The position numbers and the translations under genes were made by a program. A DNA stretch of 32,000 nt from NCBI RefSeq assembly GCF_000284455.1, contig NC_017039.1, positions 3,390,001 to 3,422,000 of the forward strand, given 5' to 3'. Below the pieces are notes generated by a model. That model made no database searches. It was not told the DNA's origin and saw only the letters and a program-made list of their open reading frames with translations. This document shows, in pieces, positions 17,399 to 29,126 of this stretch (the first letter of the stretch is position 1; each line of letters starts with the position of its first letter). This DNA is from Synechocystis sp. PCC 6803 substr. PCC-P (GTDB taxonomy: Bacteria; Cyanobacteriota; Cyanobacteriia; Cyanobacteriales; Microcystaceae).

Positions 17399-18496
17399 TT
17401 GCCTATGGCCAGTGTCAGTTTTGAACAGGTAACTAAACAGTTTGATGATTATGTTGCCGTTAATAACTTGAATTTGGAAATTGAGGACGGGGAGTTTTTA
17501 GTTTTTGTGGGGCCGTCTGGTTGCGGCAAAACTACCTCCCTACGACTTTTAGCCGGGCTGGAAACCGTTAGTCAAGGACAAATCTGCATTGGCGATCGCC
17601 GGGTGAATGAACTATCTCCCAAAGACCGGGACATTGCCATGGTATTCCAGTCCTATGCCCTCTATCCCCACATGAGTGTTTATGAAAATATGGCCTTTAG
17701 CCTCGACTTACAGGGCAAACCCAAAGAAGAAATTAGGCAAAGGGTCTGTAGCGCCGCTGAATTGTTGGGCATCGAAAAATTACTGCATCGTAAACCCAAG
17801 GAATTGTCGGGGGGACAGCGGCAACGGGTGGCAGTGGGGAGAGCCATTGTCCGTAAACCCTCTGTGTTTTTGATGGATGAACCCCTTTCTAATCTGGATG
17901 CCATGCTCCGGGTGCAAGCCCGCAAAGAAATCAGTAAACTCCATAGCGACCTGGCCACTACTTTCATTTACGTTACCCATGACCAGGTGGAAGCTATGAC
18001 CATGGGCGATCGCATTGCTGTGATGAAGGATGGCATTTTGCAACAGGTGGACAGTCCAGCTAATTTGTACAATCAGCCCGCTAACCTATTTGTGGCTGGT
18101 TTCATTGGCAGTCCCGCCATGAACTTTTTTCAGGTGGAAAGATTAAGTCAGGAAGGAAAAGAAAAGCTGAGTTTGGACGGTGTTGTTTTACCAATGCCAG
18201 ACAGTGTAGCCAAAAACGGCGATCGCCCCCTAACCCTCGGTATTCGCCCTGAAAATATTTACCATCCCCAATATTTGCCCTTGGAAATTGAACCCATGGA
18301 GTTGCCAGCCACAGTTAACCTAGTGGAAATGATGGGCAATGAATTAATTGTTTATGCCCAAACTCCTGCCGGTACAGAATTTGTGGCCCGCATTGACCCC
18401 AGGGTAAATATTAAGCAGAAAGACTCAGTTAAATTTGTGGTTGATACCCAACGTTTTTACTATTTTGACCGGGAAATGGAAACGGCGATCTTTTAA
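17399..18496 (+). CDS. ggtA: Glucosylglycerol ABC transporter ATP-binding subunit (MalK-type)
   Basis: Walker A GPSGCGKTT, Q-loop, signature LSGGQRQR, Walker B FLMDEPLSNLD, H-loop THD, and a C-terminal MalK-like regulatory domain. The ORF opens at TTG 17399, but ATG 17405 (MASVSFEQV.., 363 aa) is the likelier start. Confidence 0.9.
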   Translation: MPMASVSFEQVTKQFDDYVAVNNLNLEIEDGEFLVFVGPSGCGKTTSLRLLAGLETVSQGQICIGDRRVNELSPKDRDIAMVFQSYALYPHMSVYENMAFSLDLQGKPKEEIRQRVCSAAELLGIEKLLHRKPKELSGGQRQRVAVGRAIVRKPSVFLMDEPLSNLDAMLRVQARKEISKLHSDLATTFIYVTHDQVEAMTMGDRIAVMKDGILQQVDSPANLYNQPANLFVAGFIGSPAMNFFQVERLSQEGKEKLSLDGVVLPMPDSVAKNGDRPLTLGIRPENIYHPQYLPLEIEPMELPATVNLVEMMGNELIVYAQTPAGTEFVARIDPRVNIKQKDSVKFVVDTQRFYYFDREMETAIF

Positions 18497-19719
18497 AATT
18501 TGTCGGCGTTAAGCTGTCGATATAATCTTTGCCACTGTTGCTTTAAACCGAAGGGATTGGGGCTAGTTTCTGCTTCCAAATTCCACAAACTTTCATAGAA
18601 AAAGAAGGCGGTGCCGGCAAAATTTTGATCGTCAACCCATTGAGCCTGTTGCTTAATTCTTGCTGAGGGAATAGAACGATTTTTTAGCCCGCTCAAAATG
18701 CCCACTACGACAGGAATTTCCTGCTTAGTTTGTTGCACTGAGGATTGTTGTAATTCCCCGGTAAAAGCGGCTTGTTTTTCCCGATAAACTTGTAGAACTA
18801 GCTCATTTATTACCTTTGCTTCATGCCAGGTTTGCCAATCTAGCAAAAAACAATTCTTGGAAAAAGTTTGGGGATTGGGGGAAATGGAAATGGTTAAATT
18901 TGGTTTTACCGCCTTTAAAATAGGCACTAAACTTTGCACATAACGACTAATTTTAGCCGATCGCCAATCGGTCCATTGTTGCCAAATAGGGTCGGAGCTA
19001 ACGCAGTTTTGGTTGAGATCTAACTCAGGGACTGGGAGCGGTTCCTGTCCAGTTTCTTGGCGATAAAGTGCAACGGTAATGGGATCATAGCCAAAGCTGT
19101 AGGGATAGCCAAAATGATCATCTAATTGAATACCATCCACATCGTAGCGACGGACTAAATCCACTAAAAGAGCAGTAATTAATTGTTGCACTTCGGGATG
19201 GAGCGGATTTAACCAGACCCTCGGTATAGTGCCCCCTTCCAACCAAATAGTTTCTCCTTGGGAATTAGTAGTTAACCAATGGGGATGGGCTTTAACCCAA
19301 TCACTCTCTGCCGGGGCCATAAAACCAAATTCAAACCAGGGGATAACCCGCAAAGATTTTTCTTTAGCTAAGTTAATTACCTCCCCTAACATATCCCGAT
19401 CTCCTAATTTTTCATCTTGCTTTTTTCCTAACCATTGTTGGGCCACCGCACTGGGATAAAGGGTATGGCCATCATTCCACACCGTCGGATAAAGGGTATT
19501 GAAATTAGTACTCTTCAGATCGGCGATCGCCGTTTTTAATTGGACTGGATCATAAAGAACATTACTGTCCACATTGGTTAACCAAACTCCTCGAATTTTG
19601 TTAGGAGAAGCTGAGGAATTCTGCCCAAGGAAAACCGTTGTCAGAACAACCAATAGGGCAACCAATAAAACTAGTAACCGCCACAATTTCCCACCGAGAT
19701 AATGCCAGGGAGTCCACAT
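18493..19719 (-). CDS. Glycoside-hydrolase-like family 10 (GHL10 / UPF0748, YngK-YddW-like) exported protein
   Basis: 408-aa ORF with an N-terminal signal-anchor (LWRLLVLLVALLVVLTTVFL). IRGVWLTNVDSNVL.., NFNTLYPTVWNDGHTLYPS, VIPWFEFGF and DGIQLDDHFGYP are typical of this TIM-barrel family. Its start is 2 bp after the GH57 stop. Confidence 0.7.
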   Translation of the reverse strand: MWTPWHYLGGKLWRLLVLLVALLVVLTTVFLGQNSSASPNKIRGVWLTNVDSNVLYDPVQLKTAIADLKSTNFNTLYPTVWNDGHTLYPSAVAQQWLGKKQDEKLGDRDMLGEVINLAKEKSLRVIPWFEFGFMAPAESDWVKAHPHWLTTNSQGETIWLEGGTIPRVWLNPLHPEVQQLITALLVDLVRRYDVDGIQLDDHFGYPYSFGYDPITVALYRQETGQEPLPVPELDLNQNCVSSDPIWQQWTDWRSAKISRYVQSLVPILKAVKPNLTISISPNPQTFSKNCFLLDWQTWHEAKVINELVLQVYREKQAAFTGELQQSSVQQTKQEIPVVVGILSGLKNRSIPSARIKQQAQWVDDQNFAGTAFFFYESLWNLEAETSPNPFGLKQQWQRLYRQLNADKF

Positions 19720-19721
19720 TT

Positions 19722-21311
19722 TTACAGAGGACGGTAAACTCGATAGTCAATCTTGGGGAAAATATTGTCCATAACTTCAACCTTTTCTAGCCAACCCGCA
19801 TCCACTTTATTGGCTCGAATATCATCAAACAGTTTATCGAAGCGCAACAGATGGGAACGGGTACGACGCACCGCATAGGGCACCATAGTTCCTGTCCGCA
19901 TAATAAATGCCCAGTCGGAGGATTGGGCCAACAGCAATTCCCGGGCGGCCTGGTTCAATGCTTTTTCTTCTAGTTCATCCACCGCTTCCCGATGGCTTAA
20001 TTCAATCATGCGCTCAGCAGCTTTATGCAAATGGGGATAAATCCAAGCATTGGTATCGTTAAGCCAATATTCATGGAAACCTTTATAGCCCCAACTAGAC
20101 TGGGAAGGACGACAAACCTGTTGGTGAGGATTTCCCCGCAGATAATCGGCCAGATGGGTCATCTCAAACGTGTCTTGATCAAACCAAGATTTACGGAATA
20201 AATAATCAATAAACCACGGGCCTTCGTACCACCAATGCCCAAATAATTCCGCATCGTAGGGGGACACTACTAACGGCGGCCGACCCATAATGCCCGATAG
20301 ATGACCGACCTGTTGTTGACGGTTATACATGAAATTCGAGGCGTGTTCAGCAGCCTTTTCTTTAGCCCAGTAAGGATCGTACCAAGCCTTTTCCGATAAC
20401 CCCCCATCTCGACTGGTGATTTTGTGATACTTGATGCCAATATTTTTCCGTTGCCCGTTGGGCATGATATAGGGCTTGATGTACTCATACTCCGCTTCCC
20501 AGCCCAAATCTTTATAAAACTCTCGATAAACCGGATCCCCCGGATAGCCTACCTGGGAAGACCATACCTGTTGGGAAGATTCGTGATCCCGGCCAAAGGC
20601 CGCTACTCCAGTTTCTGTAAAAATGGGAGCATAAGTGCCAAATTTTGGTCTCGGACGGGCGTATAAAATGCCATGGCCATCTACCAAGAAGTAGCGCAGA
20701 CCCGCATCGGCCAGCATTCTTTCCACCCCTTCGTAATAAGCACACTCCGGTAACCAAATGCCCTTTGGCGATCGCCCGAAGTTTTCTTCGTAATGCTCAC
20801 AAGCCACTTTAATTTGGGCCCACACCGCCTGAGGATACATTTTCATCAAAGGAAAATATCCGTGGGTGGCACCACAGGTAATAATTTCTAAATTATTACT
20901 ATCTTGAAATTGTTTAAAAGCAGTTACTAAATCACCGTCGTAACGTTCCCAAGTTTCCCGAATGGCGGCAAATTCTTTGGCGTAAAAATCAGCTAAATAT
21001 TGTAGATGGCCGTTATGTTCATTGCGAACAATTTCCTTTGCTAATAATTCCTGCAACAGAGATAAATGGGCTTCGTAACGTTGTTGCAATAGGGGATCCC
21101 GGAGCATGGAAACCAACGGCGGCGTCATGCTCATGGTAATTTTAAAATCTACTCCATCCCGCTTCAAACCTTCAAATACATGGATGAGGGGAATATAAGT
21201 TTCTGTGATGGCTTCGTATAACCATTCCTCCTCCAAAACGTAATCGCTTTCTGGGTGCCGAACGAAGGGAAGATGGGCGTGGAGGACAAGGGCAACATAG
21301 CCAAGAGCCAT
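19722..21311 (-). CDS. GH57-family alpha-glucan enzyme (branching-enzyme type, with DUF1957 C-terminal domain)
   Basis: MALGYVALVLHAHLPFVRHPE.. start, plus GATHGYFPL, GIWLPECAY (nucleophile Glu) and SPYDAELFGHWWYEGPWF (acid/base Asp). The ORF stays open up to 21512, but homologues begin at the HAHLPF region, so I call ATG 21311 (529 aa). Confidence 0.85.
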   Translation of the reverse strand: MALGYVALVLHAHLPFVRHPESDYVLEEEWLYEAITETYIPLIHVFEGLKRDGVDFKITMSMTPPLVSMLRDPLLQQRYEAHLSLLQELLAKEIVRNEHNGHLQYLADFYAKEFAAIRETWERYDGDLVTAFKQFQDSNNLEIITCGATHGYFPLMKMYPQAVWAQIKVACEHYEENFGRSPKGIWLPECAYYEGVERMLADAGLRYFLVDGHGILYARPRPKFGTYAPIFTETGVAAFGRDHESSQQVWSSQVGYPGDPVYREFYKDLGWEAEYEYIKPYIMPNGQRKNIGIKYHKITSRDGGLSEKAWYDPYWAKEKAAEHASNFMYNRQQQVGHLSGIMGRPPLVVSPYDAELFGHWWYEGPWFIDYLFRKSWFDQDTFEMTHLADYLRGNPHQQVCRPSQSSWGYKGFHEYWLNDTNAWIYPHLHKAAERMIELSHREAVDELEEKALNQAARELLLAQSSDWAFIMRTGTMVPYAVRRTRSHLLRFDKLFDDIRANKVDAGWLEKVEVMDNIFPKIDYRVYRPL

Positions 21312-21476
21312 AGGAGTTACGCACCTGATGCGGGATAGTACAAAGTTAGCGGCTAACTTGTAGCCAATCTTATCAAAATATGGCCCGGGAAAACTTTGCC
21401 TCAGATGGCGGGGATCGAGGGGATCACTTAGCCAAGCTAGATATAATACAGCCCATAGCCTATTGCTTCCCCTGCC

Positions 21477-22169
21477 ATGCTCATTCCCCTTACCCAAGAA
21501 ACCTTCGACCAAGTGGTACCTGTTATTGCCACTGGTGCCCAGTATTCCTATGCCTGGGGTAAGGTTTATAACCTTTTGGCCAGATTACTTATTTCCCTAT
21601 TAATTGTGGTTTCCATTTGGATTGTGGGTCTAATTTTTGGCCACGGAGCCCAAGGAGTGGAATTGGTTTGCTTCATTATCGGTGGCATGTATTGGCTTTG
21701 GTGCCCCGTTTATGTGGCCAGTGTCCGCAATAGACAGTACCGTCGTTTTCCCTATGTGGGTTTTTGGCGGGGGGAAGTGTTGGATATTTTTATTACCGAA
21801 GAGGTGATTAATGAAACCCAGCAGGCGGATCAGTTTGGTCGCTTAGTGGTGGTGGAAAATATTGAGCGACGCATTAACCTAGAAGTTGGCGATCGCCAGG
21901 GATTTACAGCGGTGGTCCAAGCTCCGGTGCAAAAAACTTACAAAGCGATTCGGCCGGGCATGGTGGCGGAGATGTTGTTATTCTCCAAAAACGCCGAATT
22001 GGAACGGGTGGATAAACTCAGCGACCTCCATCTACCGGAACTGGATTTGTGGGTGGGGGATTATCCAGTGGTGCGTCGAGATATTTTTCGGGATATTAGT
22101 AATGAGTTTGGTTCCCCAATTCCCCGCCGCCGCCGTCAACCAACTCCCTCTTCCCGCCGCCTTCGTTAA
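21477..22169 (+). CDS. Conserved hypothetical membrane protein with Arg-rich C-terminus
   Basis: 230-aa ORF with two hydrophobic helices (LLISLLIVVSIWIVGLIF, LVCFIIGGMYWLWCPVYV), one HIP1 site, and the C-terminus PIPRRRRQPTPSSRRLR. Divergent from the GH57 gene. Confidence 0.6.
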   Translation: MLIPLTQETFDQVVPVIATGAQYSYAWGKVYNLLARLLISLLIVVSIWIVGLIFGHGAQGVELVCFIIGGMYWLWCPVYVASVRNRQYRRFPYVGFWRGEVLDIFITEEVINETQQADQFGRLVVVENIERRINLEVGDRQGFTAVVQAPVQKTYKAIRPGMVAEMLLFSKNAELERVDKLSDLHLPELDLWVGDYPVVRRDIFRDISNEFGSPIPRRRRQPTPSSRRLR

Positions 22170-22701
22170 GTTTGATTGCGCAATTATGCTAATTTCCCGC
22201 TGTTTGGCAAAAATTCACATTTATTCATCTTTCCTTGGTCTTTTCTGGTCAATCGGTCATTTTCTCAGTTGCAACTCTGGTCGTAACCACGGCAATCGGA
22301 CAAAATCTAGTTAGTTCACTGACTGCTTATTTTCGCCTACTAATTTCTGCATAGCTCTGCCAGTAAGAGTTTAAAGTCTAATTCTTTTTAGTACAACTCT
22401 CATTTTTGTCTTAATCCCATCTTTGGCGATCGCCATAAGTAACTATACCCAGACAAGTTATTTTATTTTTGTCTCAATTTAATAAAAATAAAAACACAAA
22501 ATTTGTTTTTAGGCGTTTTAAAGACTAGAAGCAGTTTTAAAAGCAATTAAAACGAATTTAAGTTTTAAAAATAAGATTTAAGCCAGATTAATACCCCAAA
22601 CTATTTCTCCAAGACCCCAAACCTCGTTAATAATGCGATCAGCGCAGCGGAGACCACACAACCCTGAGCATTCCCCCAGAGCATTTTTAGGAGCAACTCC
22701 C

Positions 22702-23568
22702 TTGACACTGACACTTGCGGTATACGGCAAAGGCGGCATTGGTAAATCCACCACCAGTTGCAACATCTCCACAGCATTGGCAAAACGAGGCAAAAAAGTT
22801 CTCCAAATTGGTTGTGATCCCAAACATGACAGCACCTTTACCCTGACTGGCTTTCTCATCCCCACCATCATCGACACCTTGCAGGAAAAGGATTTCCACT
22901 ACGAAGACATCTGGCCCGAGGATGTAATTTACAAAGGTTATGCCGGGGTGGATTGCGTCGAAGCTGGTGGACCTCCTGCTGGAGCTGGTTGTGGCGGTTA
23001 TGTGGTGGGGGAAACAGTGAAATTGCTGAAGGAACTCAACGCCTTTGACGAGTACGACGTGATTCTGTTTGACGTGTTAGGGGACGTAGTTTGTGGTGGT
23101 TTTGCCGCCCCGTTAAACTATGCCGACTATTGTTTGATTGTTACAGACAACGGTTTTGATGCTTTGTTTGCTGCCAACCGCATCGCTGCTTCCGTGCGGG
23201 AAAAAGCCCGTACCCACAGCCTCCGCCTCGCTGGTTTGATTGGCAATCGCACTTCCAAACGGGACTTGATTGATAAATATATTGAAGCCGTACCCATGCC
23301 GGTATTGGAAATTTTGCCCCTAATTGAAGATATTCGGGTTTCCCGGGTGAAAGGCAAAACTTTGTTTGAAATGGCCGAGTCCGACCCTTCCCTAAACTAT
23401 GTTTGTGATTATTATCTGAACATTGCCGATCAAATTTTGTCCCAACCGGAAGGGGTAGTGCCCAAAGATGCCCAGGATCGGGATCTATTCAGTTTGCTGT
23501 CTGATTTCTACCTCAATCCCACCCAGCCTGCTAGCCAAACCAAAGAATTGGATTTGATGATGGTTTAG
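22702..23568 (+). CDS. chlL: Light-independent protochlorophyllide reductase (DPOR) iron protein
   Basis: (M)[23 protein letters not shown]-loop, with 4Fe-4S cysteines in CVEAGGP and GDVVCGGFA. The ORF is open from 22633, but homologues start at [13 protein letters not shown] at 22702 sits 8 nt after AGGAG (22689-22693), giving 288 aa. Confidence 0.92.
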   Translation: MTLTLAVYGKGGIGKSTTSCNISTALAKRGKKVLQIGCDPKHDSTFTLTGFLIPTIIDTLQEKDFHYEDIWPEDVIYKGYAGVDCVEAGGPPAGAGCGGYVVGETVKLLKELNAFDEYDVILFDVLGDVVCGGFAAPLNYADYCLIVTDNGFDALFAANRIAASVREKARTHSLRLAGLIGNRTSKRDLIDKYIEAVPMPVLEILPLIEDIRVSRVKGKTLFEMAESDPSLNYVCDYYLNIADQILSQPEGVVPKDAQDRDLFSLLSDFYLNPTQPASQTKELDLMMV

Positions 23569-23576
23569 GTCTAACC

Positions 23577-24050
23577 CCCTAAATCCCCCAATACTGGGGG
23601 ACTTAGAATTAGATTTCTCTCGCATATTTCTTGAGGCTACGTTTAACTTATTTCCCATGAAGAATTCCCATAGAATTCGTGGAACTACAAAAGAAATTGA
23701 GCAAGCGGCTCGTCTTTTAAGAAAAAATATGACGATGGCAGAGAATATTTTGTGAGAGGAATTACGAAATCGCCAAATTTTAGGCTTTAAATTTCGTCGC
23801 CAGCATCCTATTGGTAATTTCATTGTTGACTTTTATTGTCCACAATTAAAATTAATCATAGAGGTGGATGGAAGTATTCATGATAACCAACGGGAATACG
23901 ATCAATGTCGATCTGAAAAACTCAAAGAATTTGTTCATTATGTTTTACGATTTACCAACGATCAAGTTATTGATAATTTACCAAAAGTTTTAGAAAAAAT
24001 TACTCAGACAACACAAACTCTACTCCCCCCAGTATTGGGGGGTTAGGAAG
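23577..24050 (+). mobile_element. Putative small selfish cassette: DUF559 endonuclease gene bracketed by inverted GC-hairpin repeats
   Basis: Left repeat is CCCCCAATACTGGGGG (23585-23600). Right repeat is CCCCCCAGTATTGGGGGG (24025-24042), its reverse complement. Extra similarity in the flanks (CCTAA.. / ..TAGA) gives roughly 30-bp imperfect inverted repeats. The interior is AT-rich and HIP1-free. Mobility is inferred, not shown. Confidence 0.4.
23657..24046 (+). pseudogene. DUF559 (Vsr-like endonuclease fold) protein gene interrupted by an in-frame TGA
   Basis: A single frame reads MKNSHRIRGTTKEIEQAARLLRKNMTMAENIL-TGA(23753-23755)-EELRNRQILGFKFRRQHPIGNFIVDFYCPQLKLIIEVDGSIHDNQ..YVLRFTNDQV... 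This is the DUF559 signature (RQHPIGNFIVDFYC, IEVDG, LRF.N). The stop sits where I recall family members having Trp (TGG). Confidence 0.7.
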
Positions 24051-24082
24051 GCAAAATAAAAACTATACCTAGGAGAACCTAA

Positions 24083-25495
<1,413 letters not shown>

Positions 25496-25614
25496 GTTCT
25501 AATTAGCTTCGGACTATTCTACATAGGAATAAACCATTGTCTCAGCAGGTTGAATGGCGATCGCCTGGGGCAATGGATTTCTTTAGAGATTTCAGCTATT
25601 GCCCAAAAAGCTTA

Positions 25615-26064
25615 TTAGTCTTGGGTTTTAGTTCCTATATCAACGCCACGGTATTTGATTGCTTTTCCTTTTACTTCGTTATTCTGGGCCGTATGTGTTC
25701 CAGAAGATTCATAGTCGATTCCCCGATAACATTTACTTATTTTCTCAGTTTTCTCGATGGGAACTGTTGATTTGGGCGATTCGTAACTAATGCCACGGTA
25801 ATGAAGCTCTGTATCCTTACTGTCGATAATTTGAGTATTGGGAAGATTATTTTTACTGTCAAAGCTTTGCCATAAAGGCCCAACTACAATGGCCGCCAGT
25901 ATCAGCAAGATAACTTTGATTTCCCAGGGAGCCAAGAGTAAACTTGCCAATAGATTCGCAACGGCAAAAATTACTGCCAGATGGGCAATATCATGGCGAG
26001 AACCCCACGCTTTATAACCAACTATTAAGCCGATAGTCAGGGGTAGTAAAAAGGTAAATTCCAT
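25615..26064 (-). CDS. Membrane protein with three YRG(I/V)xY repeats (DUF4278-like)
   Basis: 149-aa ORF. The N-terminal half is hydrophobic, with 3 predicted TMs. The C-terminal half carries HYRGISYES, CYRGIDYES and KYRGVDIG. Confidence 0.55.
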   Translation of the reverse strand: MEFTFLLPLTIGLIVGYKAWGSRHDIAHLAVIFAVANLLASLLLAPWEIKVILLILAAIVVGPLWQSFDSKNNLPNTQIIDSKDTELHYRGISYESPKSTVPIEKTEKISKCYRGIDYESSGTHTAQNNEVKGKAIKYRGVDIGTKTQD

Positions 26065-26188
26065 AGCTTTGCTTGATCACTTTTGCTATCTTTGATATCT
26101 TTGGCACAGTTCCCAATCCATTTTCTCTTCCTTTGTTTACCGGCTATGTATGTTGCAATACTTTTTAGCCTGATCTTGCCTATACCCA

Positions 26189-28358
<2,170 letters not shown>

Positions 28359-28374
28359 AAAGTGTTTTAAAGTT

Positions 28375-28395
28375 CCCCTAGCCCAAGGGTTGGGG
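28375..28395 (+). terminator. Stem-loop after eno (candidate terminator)
   Basis: CCCCTAGCCCAAGGGTTGGGG starts 17 nt after the stop. The outer stem is CCCC/GGGG and the inner stem is CCC/GGG. The downstream U-tract is weak. Confidence 0.3.
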
Positions 28396-28550
28396 TTACT
28401 TCGGGAGATAATCAAACCATTGCCAACAGGTTCTTTTGGTTAGGTTGTTGCTTAGGATTGTCTAAAATTCCTCAGTTTTTTATTCAAGACTTAATTTTTC
28501 CCATGGTTACCCTACCGGTGAACTGTGGGAATTTTTATGCCTAACCCGTT

Positions 28551-29126
28551 CTAAGCCAAGGAAGCAATGACCTTAACTTGCCCTGTGAGGTCAACAAAAT
28601 ACAATTCCACGATTAAATCGGGGTAGCGCTCCCGGATTTGTGCCTCAGCTTGGTGTAAATAACCAGCATGGAAATTTTCCTCCGCCTGGCGATCGCCAAA
28701 GGGTTGGGCATGAACTTTAGCATAGGCTCCACAATCTTGGTGATCAAAAATAATTACCCTATTAATGTTGTGTAACTGCTTGGATAGGGCCAGTTGATCC
28801 CAAAAGGTCTCTGCTTCAGCAGGATGGGGAAAACCAGTCAAAGCCAGGGAAGCTCCAGCCAAAGCCACCCAATCATAGGCCTGGTCTAAATTTTGCTCGT
28901 TTAAAAAAGAGCGTTGATAATTAAGGAAACGAAAATCAATACAACTAAGCACTAACGCCTGAGCTTGGAATAAATTTTTCAGGACGGGGGAATTATCCAT
29001 GGAAGGGAAACCAGCTAGTAAACCACTGGCCATCAAACCCCGGAGAAAATGACGACGGGAGAAAGCATGGATTGGTGGGCAACAGCTACAGGGAGAATAA
29101 TCAGGCAAATTAACTGGTTTGGCCAT
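28551..29126 (-). CDS. Tat-signal protein with beta-carbonic-anhydrase-like zinc-ligand motifs
   Basis: 191-aa ORF. Twin-arginine signal SRRHFLRGLMASGLLAG. C62-x-D64-x-R66 (SCIDFR) and H129-x-x-C132 (DHQDCGA) are spaced 67 residues apart, with VALAGAS between them. This is the CxDxR...HxxC pattern of beta-class carbonic anhydrases. Confidence 0.5.
   Translation of the reverse strand: MAKPVNLPDYSPCSCCPPIHAFSRRHFLRGLMASGLLAGFPSMDNSPVLKNLFQAQALVLSCIDFRFLNYQRSFLNEQNLDQAYDWVALAGASLALTGFPHPAEAETFWDQLALSKQLHNINRVIIFDHQDCGAYAKVHAQPFGDRQAEENFHAGYLHQAEAQIRERYPDLIVELYFVDLTGQVKVIASLA

Noticed and set aside
21312-21512. 67-codon N-terminal extension of the GH57 ORF
   Set aside because: GH57 enzymes begin just before the HAHLPF motif. 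The extension (MVEGFLGKGNEHGRGSNRLW...) has no family resemblance and would overlap the divergent neighbour's start (21477).
22633-22701. Upstream ATG extension of chlL ([23 protein letters not shown]...)
   Set aside because: ChlL/NifH-type proteins begin a few residues before the GKGGIGKS P-loop. An AGGAG-spaced TTG at 22702 fits, and the extension is Arg/Pro-rich with no homology that I recognise.
23485-23823. 112-aa minus-strand ORF in the chlL-chlN spacer
   Set aside because: It is antisense to the clearly recognisable DUF559 reading frame and overlaps the chlL 3' end. Its sequence has no family features.
25537-25770. 77-aa plus-strand ORF after chlN
   Set aside because: It overlaps, antisense, the 3' half of the YRG-repeat gene and has no start context or motifs.
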